Origin: Blastocatellia bacterium
GTDB lineage: Bacteria; Acidobacteriota; Blastocatellia; RBC074
Direction of reading: 5' to 3'
Assembly (NCBI GenBank): GCA_031409955.1
Contig: JANNYF010000152.1
Location: forward strand, 7,070 to 71,069
DNA length: 64,000 nucleotides
Below, in pieces: positions 1-9,975 of this stretch (the first letter of the stretch is position 1; every line of letters begins with the position of its first letter). The position numbers and the translations under genes are program-made. Below the pieces are notes generated by a model. That model was not told where the DNA came from and did not search any database. It worked only from the letters and a program-made list of their open reading frames with translations.

Positions 1-2
1 AG

Positions 3-941
3 CGATTCACTATCATTCACACGCATACACCGAAAGCAGGTTTACTTGGACAATTGGCGGCACGAATCGTAGGCGTGCCGATCATCGTGAACACGTTGCA
101 CGGGTTTTACTTTCACGATCACATGCCTGCTTTCTGGCGCAATTTTTATATTGCCACTGAGAAAATCGCGGCGCGGTGTTCGCATTCGATCCTCTCGCAA
201 AACAGCGAAGACATTCAGACTGCAATTCGTGAAAAAATCTCTCCGCCAGAGAAGATCAAATATCTCGGCAATGGGATTGATGTACAGCGCTTTGACCGAA
301 CTCATTTGGACGAAGCGCTGTTGGAAACAACGCGCCGCGAATTGGGATTGTCACGCGAACATCAGGTCGTCGGCTTTGTCGGCAGGCTCGTGCGCGAAAA
401 AGGGATTTTGGAATTGTTCACCGCCGCGCAGGAAATCTTACGGCACAAACCTGCGACGAAGTTTCTGATCGTGGGGCCGATTGATGACTGGAAAGCTGAT
501 GCGCTGACGCCTGCTGCTGCGCGTGAGTATGGCATCGCAGACGCGTGCATTTTTACGGGCTTGCGCAACGATATGCCCGAATTGTATGCGCTGATGGATG
601 TGTTCGTTTTGCCCTCGCATCGGGAAGGGTTTCCGCGTGCGCCGATGGAGGCTTCGGCGCTGGGTGTGCCGTGTGTGGTGACGGATATTCGTGGCTGTCG
701 AGAAGCCGTCGAACACGGGCACAATGGATTGCTGTTTCCGTTGGGTGACAGTCAAGCGATGGCCAAAGCGATTCTGACGTTGTTGGATAATTCACAACTT
801 GCCGGACAACTCGGCACGGCGGGACGCAAGCTGGCGCTGGAGAAATTCGACGAGCAACAGGTTTTCCAAAAGGTGAAAGCGGAATATATGCGCCTGCTCG
901 AAGCGCGCGGTTTGGTTGTGCCTGAACCTGCCCTTGCCTAA
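3..941 (+). CDS. Glycosyltransferase family 4 (5'-truncated by window edge)
   Basis: Frame is open from position 3 (HTHTPKAGLLGQLAAR). Contains GT4 motifs HGF, VGRLVREKG and EGFPRAPMEA. Confidence 0.93.
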   Translation, partial: RFTIIHTHTPKAGLLGQLAARIVGVPIIVNTLHGFYFHDHMPAFWRNFYIATEKIAARCSHSILSQNSEDIQTAIREKISPPEKIKYLGNGIDVQRFDRTHLDEALLETTRRELGLSREHQVVGFVGRLVREKGILELFTAAQEILRHKPATKFLIVGPIDDWKADALTPAAAREYGIADACIFTGLRNDMPELYALMDVFVLPSHREGFPRAPMEASALGVPCVVTDIRGCREAVEHGHNGLLFPLGDSQAMAKAILTLLDNSQLAGQLGTAGRKLALEKFDEQQVFQKVKAEYMRLLEARGLVVPEPALA

Positions 942-951
942 CACGACTCAG

Positions 952-1554
952 ATGAAACGAATTTTCGACTTCTTCATTGCTTTGCTGGCGTTGATTGCGT
1001 TGTCGCCTGTTTTGGCAATCACGGCGTTGCTAGTGCGCCTCAAACTTGGCTCTCCCGTCATCTTTCATCAAACGCGACCGGGACTCGGCACGCGGCTGTT
1101 TCGACTGCATAAATTTCGCACGATGACCGATGCGCGCGATGCGAATGGCGAGCTGTTGCCGGACGAAATTCGGTTGACCTCGTTCGGGAAATTCCTGCGC
1201 TCGACCAGTCTGGATGAATTGCCGGAATTGTGGAATGTCATTCGCGGCGAAATGAGTCTGGTCGGGCCGCGACCGCTGTTGGCCAAGTATTTGGAGCGGT
1301 ATTCGCCCGAACAATTGCGGCGACACGAAGTCAGACCGGGCATTACCGGTTGGGCGCAAATCAATGGTCGCAATGCGCTGACCTGGGAGCAAAAGTTCGA
1401 GCTGGACGTGTGGTATGTGGATCATCATTCGCTGGGGCTGGACATCAAAATCCTGGCGCTGACGGTTTGGAAAATTGTTCAGCGCGATGGCATCAATGAA
1501 CCAGGGCAAGCCACTGCACAGGAGTTTATGGGAAGTCAGACCCGCCCGCTATGA
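952..1554 (+). CDS. Bacterial sugar transferase (PglC/WcaJ C-terminal type phosphoglycosyltransferase)
   Basis: MKRIFD...KFRTM...SLDELPELWNVIRGEMSLVGPRP...RPGITGWAQINGRN; ATG at 952. Confidence 0.95.
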   Translation: MKRIFDFFIALLALIALSPVLAITALLVRLKLGSPVIFHQTRPGLGTRLFRLHKFRTMTDARDANGELLPDEIRLTSFGKFLRSTSLDELPELWNVIRGEMSLVGPRPLLAKYLERYSPEQLRRHEVRPGITGWAQINGRNALTWEQKFELDVWYVDHHSLGLDIKILALTVWKIVQRDGINEPGQATAQEFMGSQTRPL

Positions 1555-2219
1555 CCAAGCCAGACAGAGTTGTCATCATCGGCGCAGGTGGACACGGACG
1601 CGAAATCGCCGACATTCTGCGGCATCAAGCGCAAGTCGCGGGCGGTATCGCGCTGGAAGGCTTTGTAGACGGCAATCAAGAGTTGCACGGAAAAGAACTG
1701 GATGGAGTTTCGGTGCTGGGAGATTGGGATTGGTTTGACACCGCAGATCGGGCCGGATTGAAAGTAATTTGTGCGGTGGGCAATCCCCAGACCTGCAAAA
1801 AACTGGTCAACCGTGCTATTTTGACCAAGCTCGAATTTACGAACGCGATCTCGCCTTTAGCGCAACTCTCGCCCCGCGCGCACATCGGAAAAGGCGTTGT
1901 GATCTTTCCCCACGTCATCATTAACACTGGAGCACGAATCGGCAATTTCATCACGCTCAATATAGGTGTCAGCGTCAGCCACGACACAGTGGTTGGTGAT
2001 TACACGAACATCAATCCGGGTGTTCGTTTGGCAGGCAATGTGACTGTGGGCGAAGGTTGTTACATCGGAATGGGAACCAATATCATTCAGGGATGTTCGA
2101 TTGGCGCGTGGTCAGTGATTGGCGCGGGCGCAGTGGTGATTCGCAACATCCCGCCCAACACTACCGCCGTTGGAGTCCCCGCAAAGGCTATCAAAATCAA
2201 AGAGGAGTCATGTGAATGA
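1551..2219 (+). CDS. Sugar O/N-acetyltransferase, PglD/NeuD family
   Basis: IIGAGGHG N-terminus and hexapeptide left-handed beta-helix repeats; ATGA-type overlap with the upstream gene. Confidence 0.93.
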   Translation: MTKPDRVVIIGAGGHGREIADILRHQAQVAGGIALEGFVDGNQELHGKELDGVSVLGDWDWFDTADRAGLKVICAVGNPQTCKKLVNRAILTKLEFTNAISPLAQLSPRAHIGKGVVIFPHVIINTGARIGNFITLNIGVSVSHDTVVGDYTNINPGVRLAGNVTVGEGCYIGMGTNIIQGCSIGAWSVIGAGAVVIRNIPPNTTAVGVPAKAIKIKEESCE

Positions 2220-3418
2220 GTAATGAACCTGCAATTTTAGGCACTGCGCCGATCTTTGAGAACAAGGTCAATATCGTGCGCCCGCAATTGCCCAGCATGG
2301 ATGAAATGCAAGATGGAGTTCGCTCAATTATGGAAACCGGCATGGTGACCAAAGGCAAATACCTGCGCGAATTTGAAGAAGCCATCGCTGCACATTTGGG
2401 CGTCAAGCACGCGGTTGCGCTTTCAAGTTGTACAACCGGCTTGATGCTGTCGTATCAGGGATTAGGATTGAAAGGCGATGTCGTCGTCCCCAGTTTTACG
2501 TTTATGGCGAGCGTGAGTTCTTTGGTGTGGGCGGGTTTGCGCCCCATCTTTGCCGACGTGGATGCCGGAACGACAAACCTTTCGCCCGAAGCTGCCGAAG
2601 CCGCGATTACGCCGAACACCAGCGCCATCGTTGCCGTGCATAACTTCGGCAATCCGGCAGAGATTGAAGCGTTGCAAGCCGTCGCGGATCGGCACGGACT
2701 CAAGCTGGTTTTCGATGCGGCGCATGGCTTCGGCGCGCTCTATCGTGGCAAGCCGGTGGGCGGGCAAGGCAATGCGAATGCGTTCAGCCTCAGCCCGACA
2801 AAGTTACTGATTGCAGGCGAAGGCGGAATCGTTTCGACCAATGATGACGCGCTGGCCGATCACTTGCGCAAAGGGCGCGAATACGGCAACGATGGCAATT
2901 ACGACAGTGCTTTTGCAGGCATCAATGCGCGGATGCCGGAATTCAATGCGTTGCTGGGGCTGAAGAGTCTGAAAGGATTGGAAGGTGCAGCCCAGCGCCG
3001 CAATGCCACGGTCGCTATTTATCGCCGCGAGATGGGCAAATTGCCGGGCATTGAATTTCAGCAGGTGCATCCCGAAGACCGCAACTCTTATCGAGAATTT
3101 TCGATCCTGCTGAATGCTGATGCGTTTGGCGTGAGCCGCGATCATTTGGCACAGGCTTTAGCGGCAGAAAACATTGATACACGAAAATATTACGATCCGC
3201 CCGTGCATCGCCAAACGGCATATCGTCACTTTGCGCCGGACGAAAGCCTGCTGCCCAATACCGTGTTGCTGGCAGAAAACAGTTTGAGTTTTCCATTGTG
3301 GTCAAATTTGGAAGAGGAAACGGCGCTCGGCATCTGCGAAGCGGTGGCGCGCGTTCATCAAAATGCAGAAGCTGTGACGAAAGCGCTGAATCAATCGCGC
3401 AACGCTTCGGCTGTCTAA
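2216..3418 (+). CDS. DegT/DnrJ/EryC1/StrS PLP-dependent sugar aminotransferase
   Basis: SSCTTGL, FDAAHG, FSLSPTK (PLP lysine), GEGG. Confidence 0.95.
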   Translation: MSNEPAILGTAPIFENKVNIVRPQLPSMDEMQDGVRSIMETGMVTKGKYLREFEEAIAAHLGVKHAVALSSCTTGLMLSYQGLGLKGDVVVPSFTFMASVSSLVWAGLRPIFADVDAGTTNLSPEAAEAAITPNTSAIVAVHNFGNPAEIEALQAVADRHGLKLVFDAAHGFGALYRGKPVGGQGNANAFSLSPTKLLIAGEGGIVSTNDDALADHLRKGREYGNDGNYDSAFAGINARMPEFNALLGLKSLKGLEGAAQRRNATVAIYRREMGKLPGIEFQQVHPEDRNSYREFSILLNADAFGVSRDHLAQALAAENIDTRKYYDPPVHRQTAYRHFAPDESLLPNTVLLAENSLSFPLWSNLEEETALGICEAVARVHQNAEAVTKALNQSRNASAV

Positions 3419-3458
3419 TGCAATTGCAACCTGCCCCACCCAACGTCGGAGAAGATAC

Positions 3459-5021
3459 ATGCTGAATTGGCGTTCCTTTCGTTTCACACGGGAAATTGTC
3501 TTGCGAATGGGCGCAGATGCCGTATTGCTCAATGTCTCGCTGATCCTGGCACTGGCCATCCGGTATTTCTATCTGGTGGCCTTCGAGACATTGGAAGGAG
3601 GGTATACCTACAACCAGATGTTTTGGACGTATGTCACCTTCTTCAGTAAACGAAGCTGGTTATTGACGGCAATCTGTCTCGTCGTCTTTTTGATGAGCGG
3701 GTTTTACACGTACAGTCGTGCCTATCAGGGACGCTATAAAGCTCTGATAATTTTTCAGGCTGCGAGTCTCGGCTATCTGATCTTCAGCTTTTTCTCTTAT
3801 CTCTTTGGGTTGATGCCGCAACTACCACGCGGCGCAGTGTTGTTGGCATGGCTGATTAGTGTGGCATTGCTGATGGCAGCACGCGGCTGGTCTATGATTT
3901 GGCGAGACGTGATGCGGACCGAGTTGCAACACGGCAGGCATGCGCAGACGCGCGAGGTGCGCAACGTGTTGGTCATCGGCGGGGCGGGCTACATTGGCTC
4001 TGCTTTGTTGCCGAAGCTGCTGGACAAGGGCTATCGGGTTCGGCTGCTGGATTTGTTGTTGTATGGAACGGAGCCGATTGAAGGCTTGCTGACGCATCCG
4101 CGTCTGGAAGTGGTGCGGGCGGATTTTCGCGCCATTGATAAAGTCGTCGAGGCAATACGCGGCATGGATGCCGTGATTCATTTGGGCGCGATTGTCGGCG
4201 ACCCAGCCTGTGCGCTGGATGAAGAATTGACGATTGAAGTCAATCTGATGGCAACGCGGATGATCGCCGAAGTCGCCAAAGGCAGTGGTGTGAATCGTTT
4301 CATTTTTGCTAGCACCTGTTCGGTCTACGGTGCTTCTGACGAATTGCTGGACGAGCGTTGCGCGCTGAATCCGGTTTCGCTCTACGCACGCAGCAAGATC
4401 GCGTCTGAGCGCGTGCTGTCCCGCTTAGCCGACGAAAGTTTCGCTCCGACGTTGTTGCGGTTCGGTACGATTTACGGGCTTTCCGGGCGTACGCGTTTTG
4501 ATCTGGTCGTGAACCTACTCACGGCCAAAGCCATTGTAGAAGGCCGCATCACGGTTTCCGGTGGAGATCAATGGCGTCCTTTCGTTCACGTGGATGATGC
4601 GGCGCTGGCTGTTTTCAAAGCACTGGAAGCGCCGTTGCCCGCTGTTCATAACAAGGTCTTCAACGTTGGTTCCAACGACCAGAACCACACGATTTCACAG
4701 GTCGGAGAAGTTATTCAGCGATTAGTTCCATCAGCAGAATTAGTAGACGTCGCATTCGACGGTGACCGCCGCAATTACCGCGTGAACTTCAGCAAAGTCC
4801 AACAGGCTTTGGGATTCGTTCCGCAATGGACACTGGAGCAAGGAATCAATCAGGTAGTAGAGGCTATCAGGAGTGGCAAAGTGGCGGACTATACCAACGC
4901 CAAATACAGCAACGTCAAATTCCTCAGCGAAGAAGGAATGGCCAGAAATCTGCAAAATGGCTGGGCCTACGAATTGATGAATGAACCAATGATCACGCAA
5001 GTAGAAGGCTGGCCCAATTAA
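3459..5021 (+). CDS. NAD-dependent nucleotide-sugar epimerase/dehydratase with N-terminal multi-TM domain
   Basis: About 150 aa of hydrophobic helices, then GGAGYIGS, ASTCSVYG and YARSK (YxxxK). Confidence 0.88.
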   Translation: MLNWRSFRFTREIVLRMGADAVLLNVSLILALAIRYFYLVAFETLEGGYTYNQMFWTYVTFFSKRSWLLTAICLVVFLMSGFYTYSRAYQGRYKALIIFQAASLGYLIFSFFSYLFGLMPQLPRGAVLLAWLISVALLMAARGWSMIWRDVMRTELQHGRHAQTREVRNVLVIGGAGYIGSALLPKLLDKGYRVRLLDLLLYGTEPIEGLLTHPRLEVVRADFRAIDKVVEAIRGMDAVIHLGAIVGDPACALDEELTIEVNLMATRMIAEVAKGSGVNRFIFASTCSVYGASDELLDERCALNPVSLYARSKIASERVLSRLADESFAPTLLRFGTIYGLSGRTRFDLVVNLLTAKAIVEGRITVSGGDQWRPFVHVDDAALAVFKALEAPLPAVHNKVFNVGSNDQNHTISQVGEVIQRLVPSAELVDVAFDGDRRNYRVNFSKVQQALGFVPQWTLEQGINQVVEAIRSGKVADYTNAKYSNVKFLSEEGMARNLQNGWAYELMNEPMITQVEGWPN

Positions 5022-5650
5022 CCTTCGCGCAACACGACGCGTGCCGGGCCGCCGTCACCGTTCTTAATTTTCATCGGCAGGCAAATCAATTCGTACTCGC
5101 CTGCCGCAACGTCCGTCAAATTCAAGCCTTCCACAATCACGACGTTGTTGCCGAGCAGCGCGTAATGCGTGGTAGGCTGCTCGAAGTTGAATTTTTCAAT
5201 CGAGAGATAATCAATCCCTACCAGCTTCACGCCCAGTTCCACCAACCGCTCAGCCGCAGTTGTTTCCAGGTAAACAAATCCTGGCTCAAACTCGTGCGCA
5301 CCTGCTTGCCACAGCCGTGAATTGCGTGTTTTGAAAAGCACGCGCTCGACGCCTGCCAGCTTCGCTGCGTCAATCGTTGCCACATCAATCGCGCTGATTT
5401 CGCCTACATCCACGACGCGCGCCGGGCCAATCAACACGTCCAACGACAATTCATCCAGCGTTGCGGCTCCCGCGACGAAATGCGCTGGCGGGTCTACGTG
5501 CGTGCCAGTATGTGAACCGAAGCTCAGATGCGACACGGTGCAAATGTCGCCTGCGGCAAGGCTGGCCACTTGTGTGATTTGTACGGCTGGATCGCCGGGA
5601 TACACGGGCAATGCCGTTGAGAACGGAACCGTAATGTCGTAAAGCTTCAT
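5018..5650 (-). CDS. Cyclase family protein (kynurenine formamidase-like)
   Basis: HTGTHVDPPAH (HxGTHxDxPxH), GIDYLS, EGL, DGGPAR. Confidence 0.92.
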   Translation of the reverse strand: MKLYDITVPFSTALPVYPGDPAVQITQVASLAAGDICTVSHLSFGSHTGTHVDPPAHFVAGAATLDELSLDVLIGPARVVDVGEISAIDVATIDAAKLAGVERVLFKTRNSRLWQAGAHEFEPGFVYLETTAAERLVELGVKLVGIDYLSIEKFNFEQPTTHYALLGNNVVIVEGLNLTDVAAGEYELICLPMKIKNGDGGPARVVLREG

Positions 5651-5655
5651 CGTGC

Positions 5656-6801
5656 TTATCGTCCGGGTTGTTGTGGAATGGGGATGGAACGATCACTGCC
5701 TAATCCGTGAACAATGACGCGCCGAATGGCACGACTGGGATCGGCTACCGTCGTTGTGACGGTTGGGTGCGAAATGACTTTGGCCGCGCGACCTTCGGGG
5801 GGCGTTGCTTTGATCCACACTTCGAGCGTGTCACGGTTGACCTGATGTTCGGCTTTGACGCGCCAACCACCAGAAATAGTTTCTGCTGTTGCGACCACCA
5901 AAATTGAATTGCCGGAAACGCGTTCCACTTGCGCGAAACTTACCTTTACCAATTGCGGCTCCAACGGCGTGGGCAGCGGAACGGGCTGTTGCGTACCGTT
6001 AGTATTTGGATTCGTCGTTGGCGACTGGTTCCCGGTCGGAGCGGGAGTTGAAGTTGAAGGCGTTGTTGCGGGGGTAGGACGGGGCGGTGGAATCGTGCCA
6101 CGCTGCGTCAAATCCAGCGCCTCAATAAGATCGAGGCCAATCAGCGTGCCTGGCTCCACAATCGCTTCTTTGCCTTTCGCTAACAAAACCGCCACCACGC
6201 CCGCTGCCGCACCAACGGCTGCGCCCAACGCTGCGCCGCCCGCAATCGCGCCGATCACCGCGCCCGTCGCTGCCCCGCCACCAACAAACACGGTGTTGCG
6301 TTTCAATTGTCCTCCGCCTTCGATCAGGCCTTCCTCGTCAATTTTCAGTTTCTTGCGTTCCCCGGCATCCGCACTCGTCAATATTCCATTGAGCGGTAGC
6401 TCGCGCCCATCAGGCATCACCAAGCGGTCGAACGCGATTTCGATGATGCCGGAGCGCCGCCTCATCTGGGCGGGCGTGGCTTCTTTGATATGACCGACAA
6501 CCAATAAGTTCGCGGGCAACACCATACGGCCTGCTTCGTCTGTGATAGCTTCATCAATGCGGGCGTGAAAGCGATCACTGGGACGAACCTGACTGGAATC
6601 CAACCGCGTGTCCATCCGCAGGATAATCACATATCCTCTGGGCAGGAATCGCGTTCCGGCAGACAGCCGATTAAGTCCCACGTCACCGGCACGACGCGGG
6701 CGTTGTTGTTGTGCAAAAGCGGAAAACGCCAATGCGTTGATGATGAGTGTGGTGCTGATGATGACGCTGAACCAGGTCTGTCGTTTTTGTTTCATCCTCA
6801 A
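5656..6801 (-). CDS. Secreted hypothetical protein (beta domain, glycine zipper, Pro/Thr linker, C-terminal domain)
   Basis: Signal-peptide-like N-terminus, GGGAATGAVIGAIAGG zipper and a PT-rich linker. Confidence 0.75.
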   Translation of the reverse strand: MRMKQKRQTWFSVIISTTLIINALAFSAFAQQQRPRRAGDVGLNRLSAGTRFLPRGYVIILRMDTRLDSSQVRPSDRFHARIDEAITDEAGRMVLPANLLVVGHIKEATPAQMRRRSGIIEIAFDRLVMPDGRELPLNGILTSADAGERKKLKIDEEGLIEGGGQLKRNTVFVGGGAATGAVIGAIAGGAALGAAVGAAAGVVAVLLAKGKEAIVEPGTLIGLDLIEALDLTQRGTIPPPRPTPATTPSTSTPAPTGNQSPTTNPNTNGTQQPVPLPTPLEPQLVKVSFAQVERVSGNSILVVATAETISGGWRVKAEHQVNRDTLEVWIKATPPEGRAAKVISHPTVTTTVADPSRAIRRVIVHGLGSDRSIPIPQQPGR

Positions 6802-6807
6802 AATTCC

Positions 6808-7695
6808 TCAGACAAAATATTTTTTGCAAAGCTGCTTAAAAGCTCGGTGCAAAGGCGGCACTTGGTTACTTTTGAGCGCGACCAATCCCAACTCCCAATT
6901 ATCCTTAAAGCCGCGAATCGGCAACGCCAGTAGTTTACCAGTCTTGATCTCTTCGCGCACCGAAGAACGCGGCACAATGCTCAGCCCCAAGCCATGTTCG
7001 ACCATTCGTTTGATCGAAATCATACTGCCAAGCTCCATCATCACTTCAGGCCGCACACCGGATTTGGTAAAAAACAAATCTATCAAGCGGCGCGTATTGC
7101 CGCCCTGTTCGCCGAGAATCAACGGCTCTGCTGCGAGTTGTGCGGGGGTGATGCTGCGTTGATGCGCCAGGGCATGATCCGGTTGCACGATGGCCACCAA
7201 ACGGTCGCGTTGCAACACTTCGGCCCGAATGTCATTGGCTTCGACGGGGAGCGAAACCAAGCCCACATCCAAATCATTCTGCAAAATCTGCGCGACGATT
7301 TCAGAACTGGTGGCACGGCGCACGGTGACTTGGGCTTTGGGATACACGCGTTTGAGTTCGGCGAGGATCGTGGGCAATTGCTCGTTGCTTGCCATCGTCG
7401 AAGCCGTGCCAATGCGCAAACGTCCTTTCTCCGCGTCGCCTAATTCCTTGAGCGCGAGCAACGCTTCATCGTGTGCTTTGAGCAATCGCTCGGCGCGTCG
7501 CACCAGCAATTCACCCGCTTCGGTCAAAAACACTTTCTTATTTACGCGCGCGAACAACGGCACGCCGGTTTCGGTTTCGAGCGCTTTGATCTGCGCACTG
7601 ACAGCGGCCTGCGTCAAATGCACGCGTTCAGCGGCACGCGTAAAATTGCTCGTTTCCACGATGGCTAAAAGGGTGCGGAGTTGGCGAAATTCCAT
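6808..7695 (-). CDS. LysR family transcriptional regulator
   Basis: N-terminal HTH NFTRAAERVHLTQAAVSAQIKALE and a LysR substrate domain. Confidence 0.96.
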   Translation of the reverse strand: MEFRQLRTLLAIVETSNFTRAAERVHLTQAAVSAQIKALETETGVPLFARVNKKVFLTEAGELLVRRAERLLKAHDEALLALKELGDAEKGRLRIGTASTMASNEQLPTILAELKRVYPKAQVTVRRATSSEIVAQILQNDLDVGLVSLPVEANDIRAEVLQRDRLVAIVQPDHALAHQRSITPAQLAAEPLILGEQGGNTRRLIDLFFTKSGVRPEVMMELGSMISIKRMVEHGLGLSIVPRSSVREEIKTGKLLALPIRGFKDNWELGLVALKSNQVPPLHRAFKQLCKKYFV

Positions 7696-7701
7696 AAGGC
7701 G

Positions 7702-7807
7702 GTGGTCAGTGGTCGGTAGTCGGTGGTCGGTGGGGAAAAGGCAGAAGTCCGAACGCTGAACGCGGAATCCAGCACGTACCTCTTATTGACCACCGATCAC
7801 CGACAAC
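7702..7807. repeat. Inverted heptamer tandem-repeat element (GTGGTCG)n ... (CGACCAC)n
   Basis: GTGGTCA GTGGTCG GTAGTCG GTGGTCG at 7702-7733 and TGACCAC CGATCAC CGACAAC at 7787-7807. Confidence 0.8.
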
Positions 7808-7984
7808 TTTTTTCTATCATTACCATCAGAACTTTTAGTTTCATTTATGATAGTCGGTCAGTTTAGTATAAAGGCTCCCCAAGCTGCAAAAGTAAACGTC
7901 AGTTGTATTAGTGGGAAGCTCGCCCCCCCCCGTGAATGTCGAGCGTGATGCAACGCGTTAAAGTGGGAAGGATCGAAGAATGAC

Positions 7985-9064
7985 ATGCACCACCTCACCG
8001 AGGTTTTAGATTCCGTGGTCAGGAATCTGGCGGAGGATGACAAAGGCTCGCAGTATTGGTTAGGCGTTGATGGCGGTGGGACAAATACGCGGGCGATGGT
8101 CTTTCGTGCGCCGGATAATCTTGAGGTTGATTTGACCGAATGTGTCGTTGGCGAAGGCCGTGCCGAGGCTGCCAACTTCCATCGCGTCGGCGTCGAAGCC
8201 GCGACCAAATCTGTGACAACGGCCATCATCCTTGCGTGCCGTCAAGCCCAAATTACGCCATATCAAATCAGTGCCGCCTGCATTGGACTCGCCGGAGTTT
8301 CGCATCCTGACAATCATCGCAAAATGTACGACGCGATTGACGACGCATTGCCTGCGCTGAGGTTCACGTTGGAAACCGATGCGCGTATTGCCTTGGCTGG
8401 CGCAACCGCAGGCAAGCCCGGCATCGTGATTATTGCGGGTACAGGCTCCATCGCGTATGGCGTAAACAAAGACGGCGAAGTCGCACGCGCAGGTGGTTGG
8501 GGGCCAACGCTCGGCGACGAAGGCAGCGGCACCTACATTGGTCGCCGCGCGCTCGAAGCCGTCATGACCGCGTATGATCGGCGCGCTCATGATGAAACCG
8601 CATTGACGGAAAAAGTTTGCCGTTACTTCGACGTCAAAACACCGCCCGAACTTCCAGCCGTCATTTACAATCCTGATGCCAATGTGATGCCGCAAATCGC
8701 GCAACTTTCCCGGCTCGTAGTCGAAACCGCACAGGCAGGCGACGCGACCGCTATCGAAATTCTCAAAGACGCCGCACACGAATTAGCCCGCGCGATCAAA
8801 GCTGTGATTACGCAATTGAATATGCAAGAAGAAGCGTTTCGCATCGGCTATGTCGGCGGCGTGTTTAGTGCGGGCGAGTTAATTTTGCAGCCATTGCGCG
8901 AAGATCTTACCGCCTTCGCCCCAAAGGCGATGATCGAAGCCCCGCTTTACAAGCCAGCGGTTGGCGCGGCGAAGATGGCGCTGGCGAATTTTATCGAAAG
9001 CCGAGATCAATTGCTGGTTGGGCGACAAACGAGAAAAGCAAATCCATTACCCAGGCAACAATGA
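7985..9064 (+). CDS. BadF/BadG/BcrA/BcrD-type sugar kinase (MurK/N-acetylglucosamine kinase-like)
   Basis: LGVDGGGTNT, IAGTGS and GGWGPTLGDEGSG; directly upstream of murQ. Confidence 0.88.
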   Translation: MHHLTEVLDSVVRNLAEDDKGSQYWLGVDGGGTNTRAMVFRAPDNLEVDLTECVVGEGRAEAANFHRVGVEAATKSVTTAIILACRQAQITPYQISAACIGLAGVSHPDNHRKMYDAIDDALPALRFTLETDARIALAGATAGKPGIVIIAGTGSIAYGVNKDGEVARAGGWGPTLGDEGSGTYIGRRALEAVMTAYDRRAHDETALTEKVCRYFDVKTPPELPAVIYNPDANVMPQIAQLSRLVVETAQAGDATAIEILKDAAHELARAIKAVITQLNMQEEAFRIGYVGGVFSAGELILQPLREDLTAFAPKAMIEAPLYKPAVGAAKMALANFIESRDQLLVGRQTRKANPLPRQQ

Positions 9065-9951
9065 CCACTACCGAACAACCCAATCCTAACACGTCAGAAA
9101 TTGATCGCGTCTCCACGCTCGAAGCGTTGCGTATCATCAATGCCGAAGACAAAAAAGTTGCCGATGCGATTGCGCAAGTCTTGCCCGCGATTGCGAATGC
9201 AGTAGACGGAATTGCCGAACGTCTCGCACGCGGAGGCCGATTGATTTACGTCGGCACGGGCACGAGCGGGCGTTTGGGCGTACTCGACGCTTCGGAATGT
9301 CCGCCCACGTTTGGCGTGTCGCCGGAGTTGGTGCAAGGCATCATTGCGGGCGGCTACGAGGCTAGTTACAAAGCGGTCGAAGCATCGGAAGATGATCGGG
9401 CTGCCGGGGCTGCGGATTTACAAGCGCGGAATGTGAATGCGAACGATGTTGTCGTGGGCATTGCTGCGAGCGGACGCACGCCGTACACAATTGGCGCGGT
9501 CGAATACGCGCGCAGCATTGGCGCATTGACCGCCTGCATCACTTGCAATGCAAGCACCGCCCTCGCTGCTGCGGTGGAAATTCCGATTGAGCCGATTGTC
9601 GGCCCGGAAGTCATTGCCGGTTCGACACGCCTGAAATCCGGCACTGCACAGAAGTTGGTTTTGAATATGCTTTCGACAATGGCGATGGTGCGGCTCGGCT
9701 ATGTGAAGGGCAATCGCATGGCCAATATGCAAACCAAAAACATCAAGCTGCGTGAACGCGCGGTCGGCATCGTGAAAGACGAGTGCAACGTAGATCAAGC
9801 AACGGCACAAGCTGTTTTGGAAGCGGCGGAGTGGAAGTTGCCCGTGGCGTTAGTCATGCAGCAAGCGAATGTAAATCGAGAGGCGGCAGAAGCCGCGCTG
9901 GCAAAGGCCAATCAATTAGTGGCGCAGGCTGTGGCTGCATTAACCGCCTGA
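9061..9951 (+). CDS. murQ: N-acetylmuramic acid 6-phosphate etherase
   Basis: GTGTSGRLGVLDASECPPTFG, ASGRTPY, GSTRLKSGTAQKLVLNMLST. Confidence 0.97.
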   Translation: MTTTEQPNPNTSEIDRVSTLEALRIINAEDKKVADAIAQVLPAIANAVDGIAERLARGGRLIYVGTGTSGRLGVLDASECPPTFGVSPELVQGIIAGGYEASYKAVEASEDDRAAGAADLQARNVNANDVVVGIAASGRTPYTIGAVEYARSIGALTACITCNASTALAAAVEIPIEPIVGPEVIAGSTRLKSGTAQKLVLNMLSTMAMVRLGYVKGNRMANMQTKNIKLRERAVGIVKDECNVDQATAQAVLEAAEWKLPVALVMQQANVNREAAEAALAKANQLVAQAVAALTA

Positions 9952-9975
9952 ACACCCGTTCCTCTTGTTTCAATT

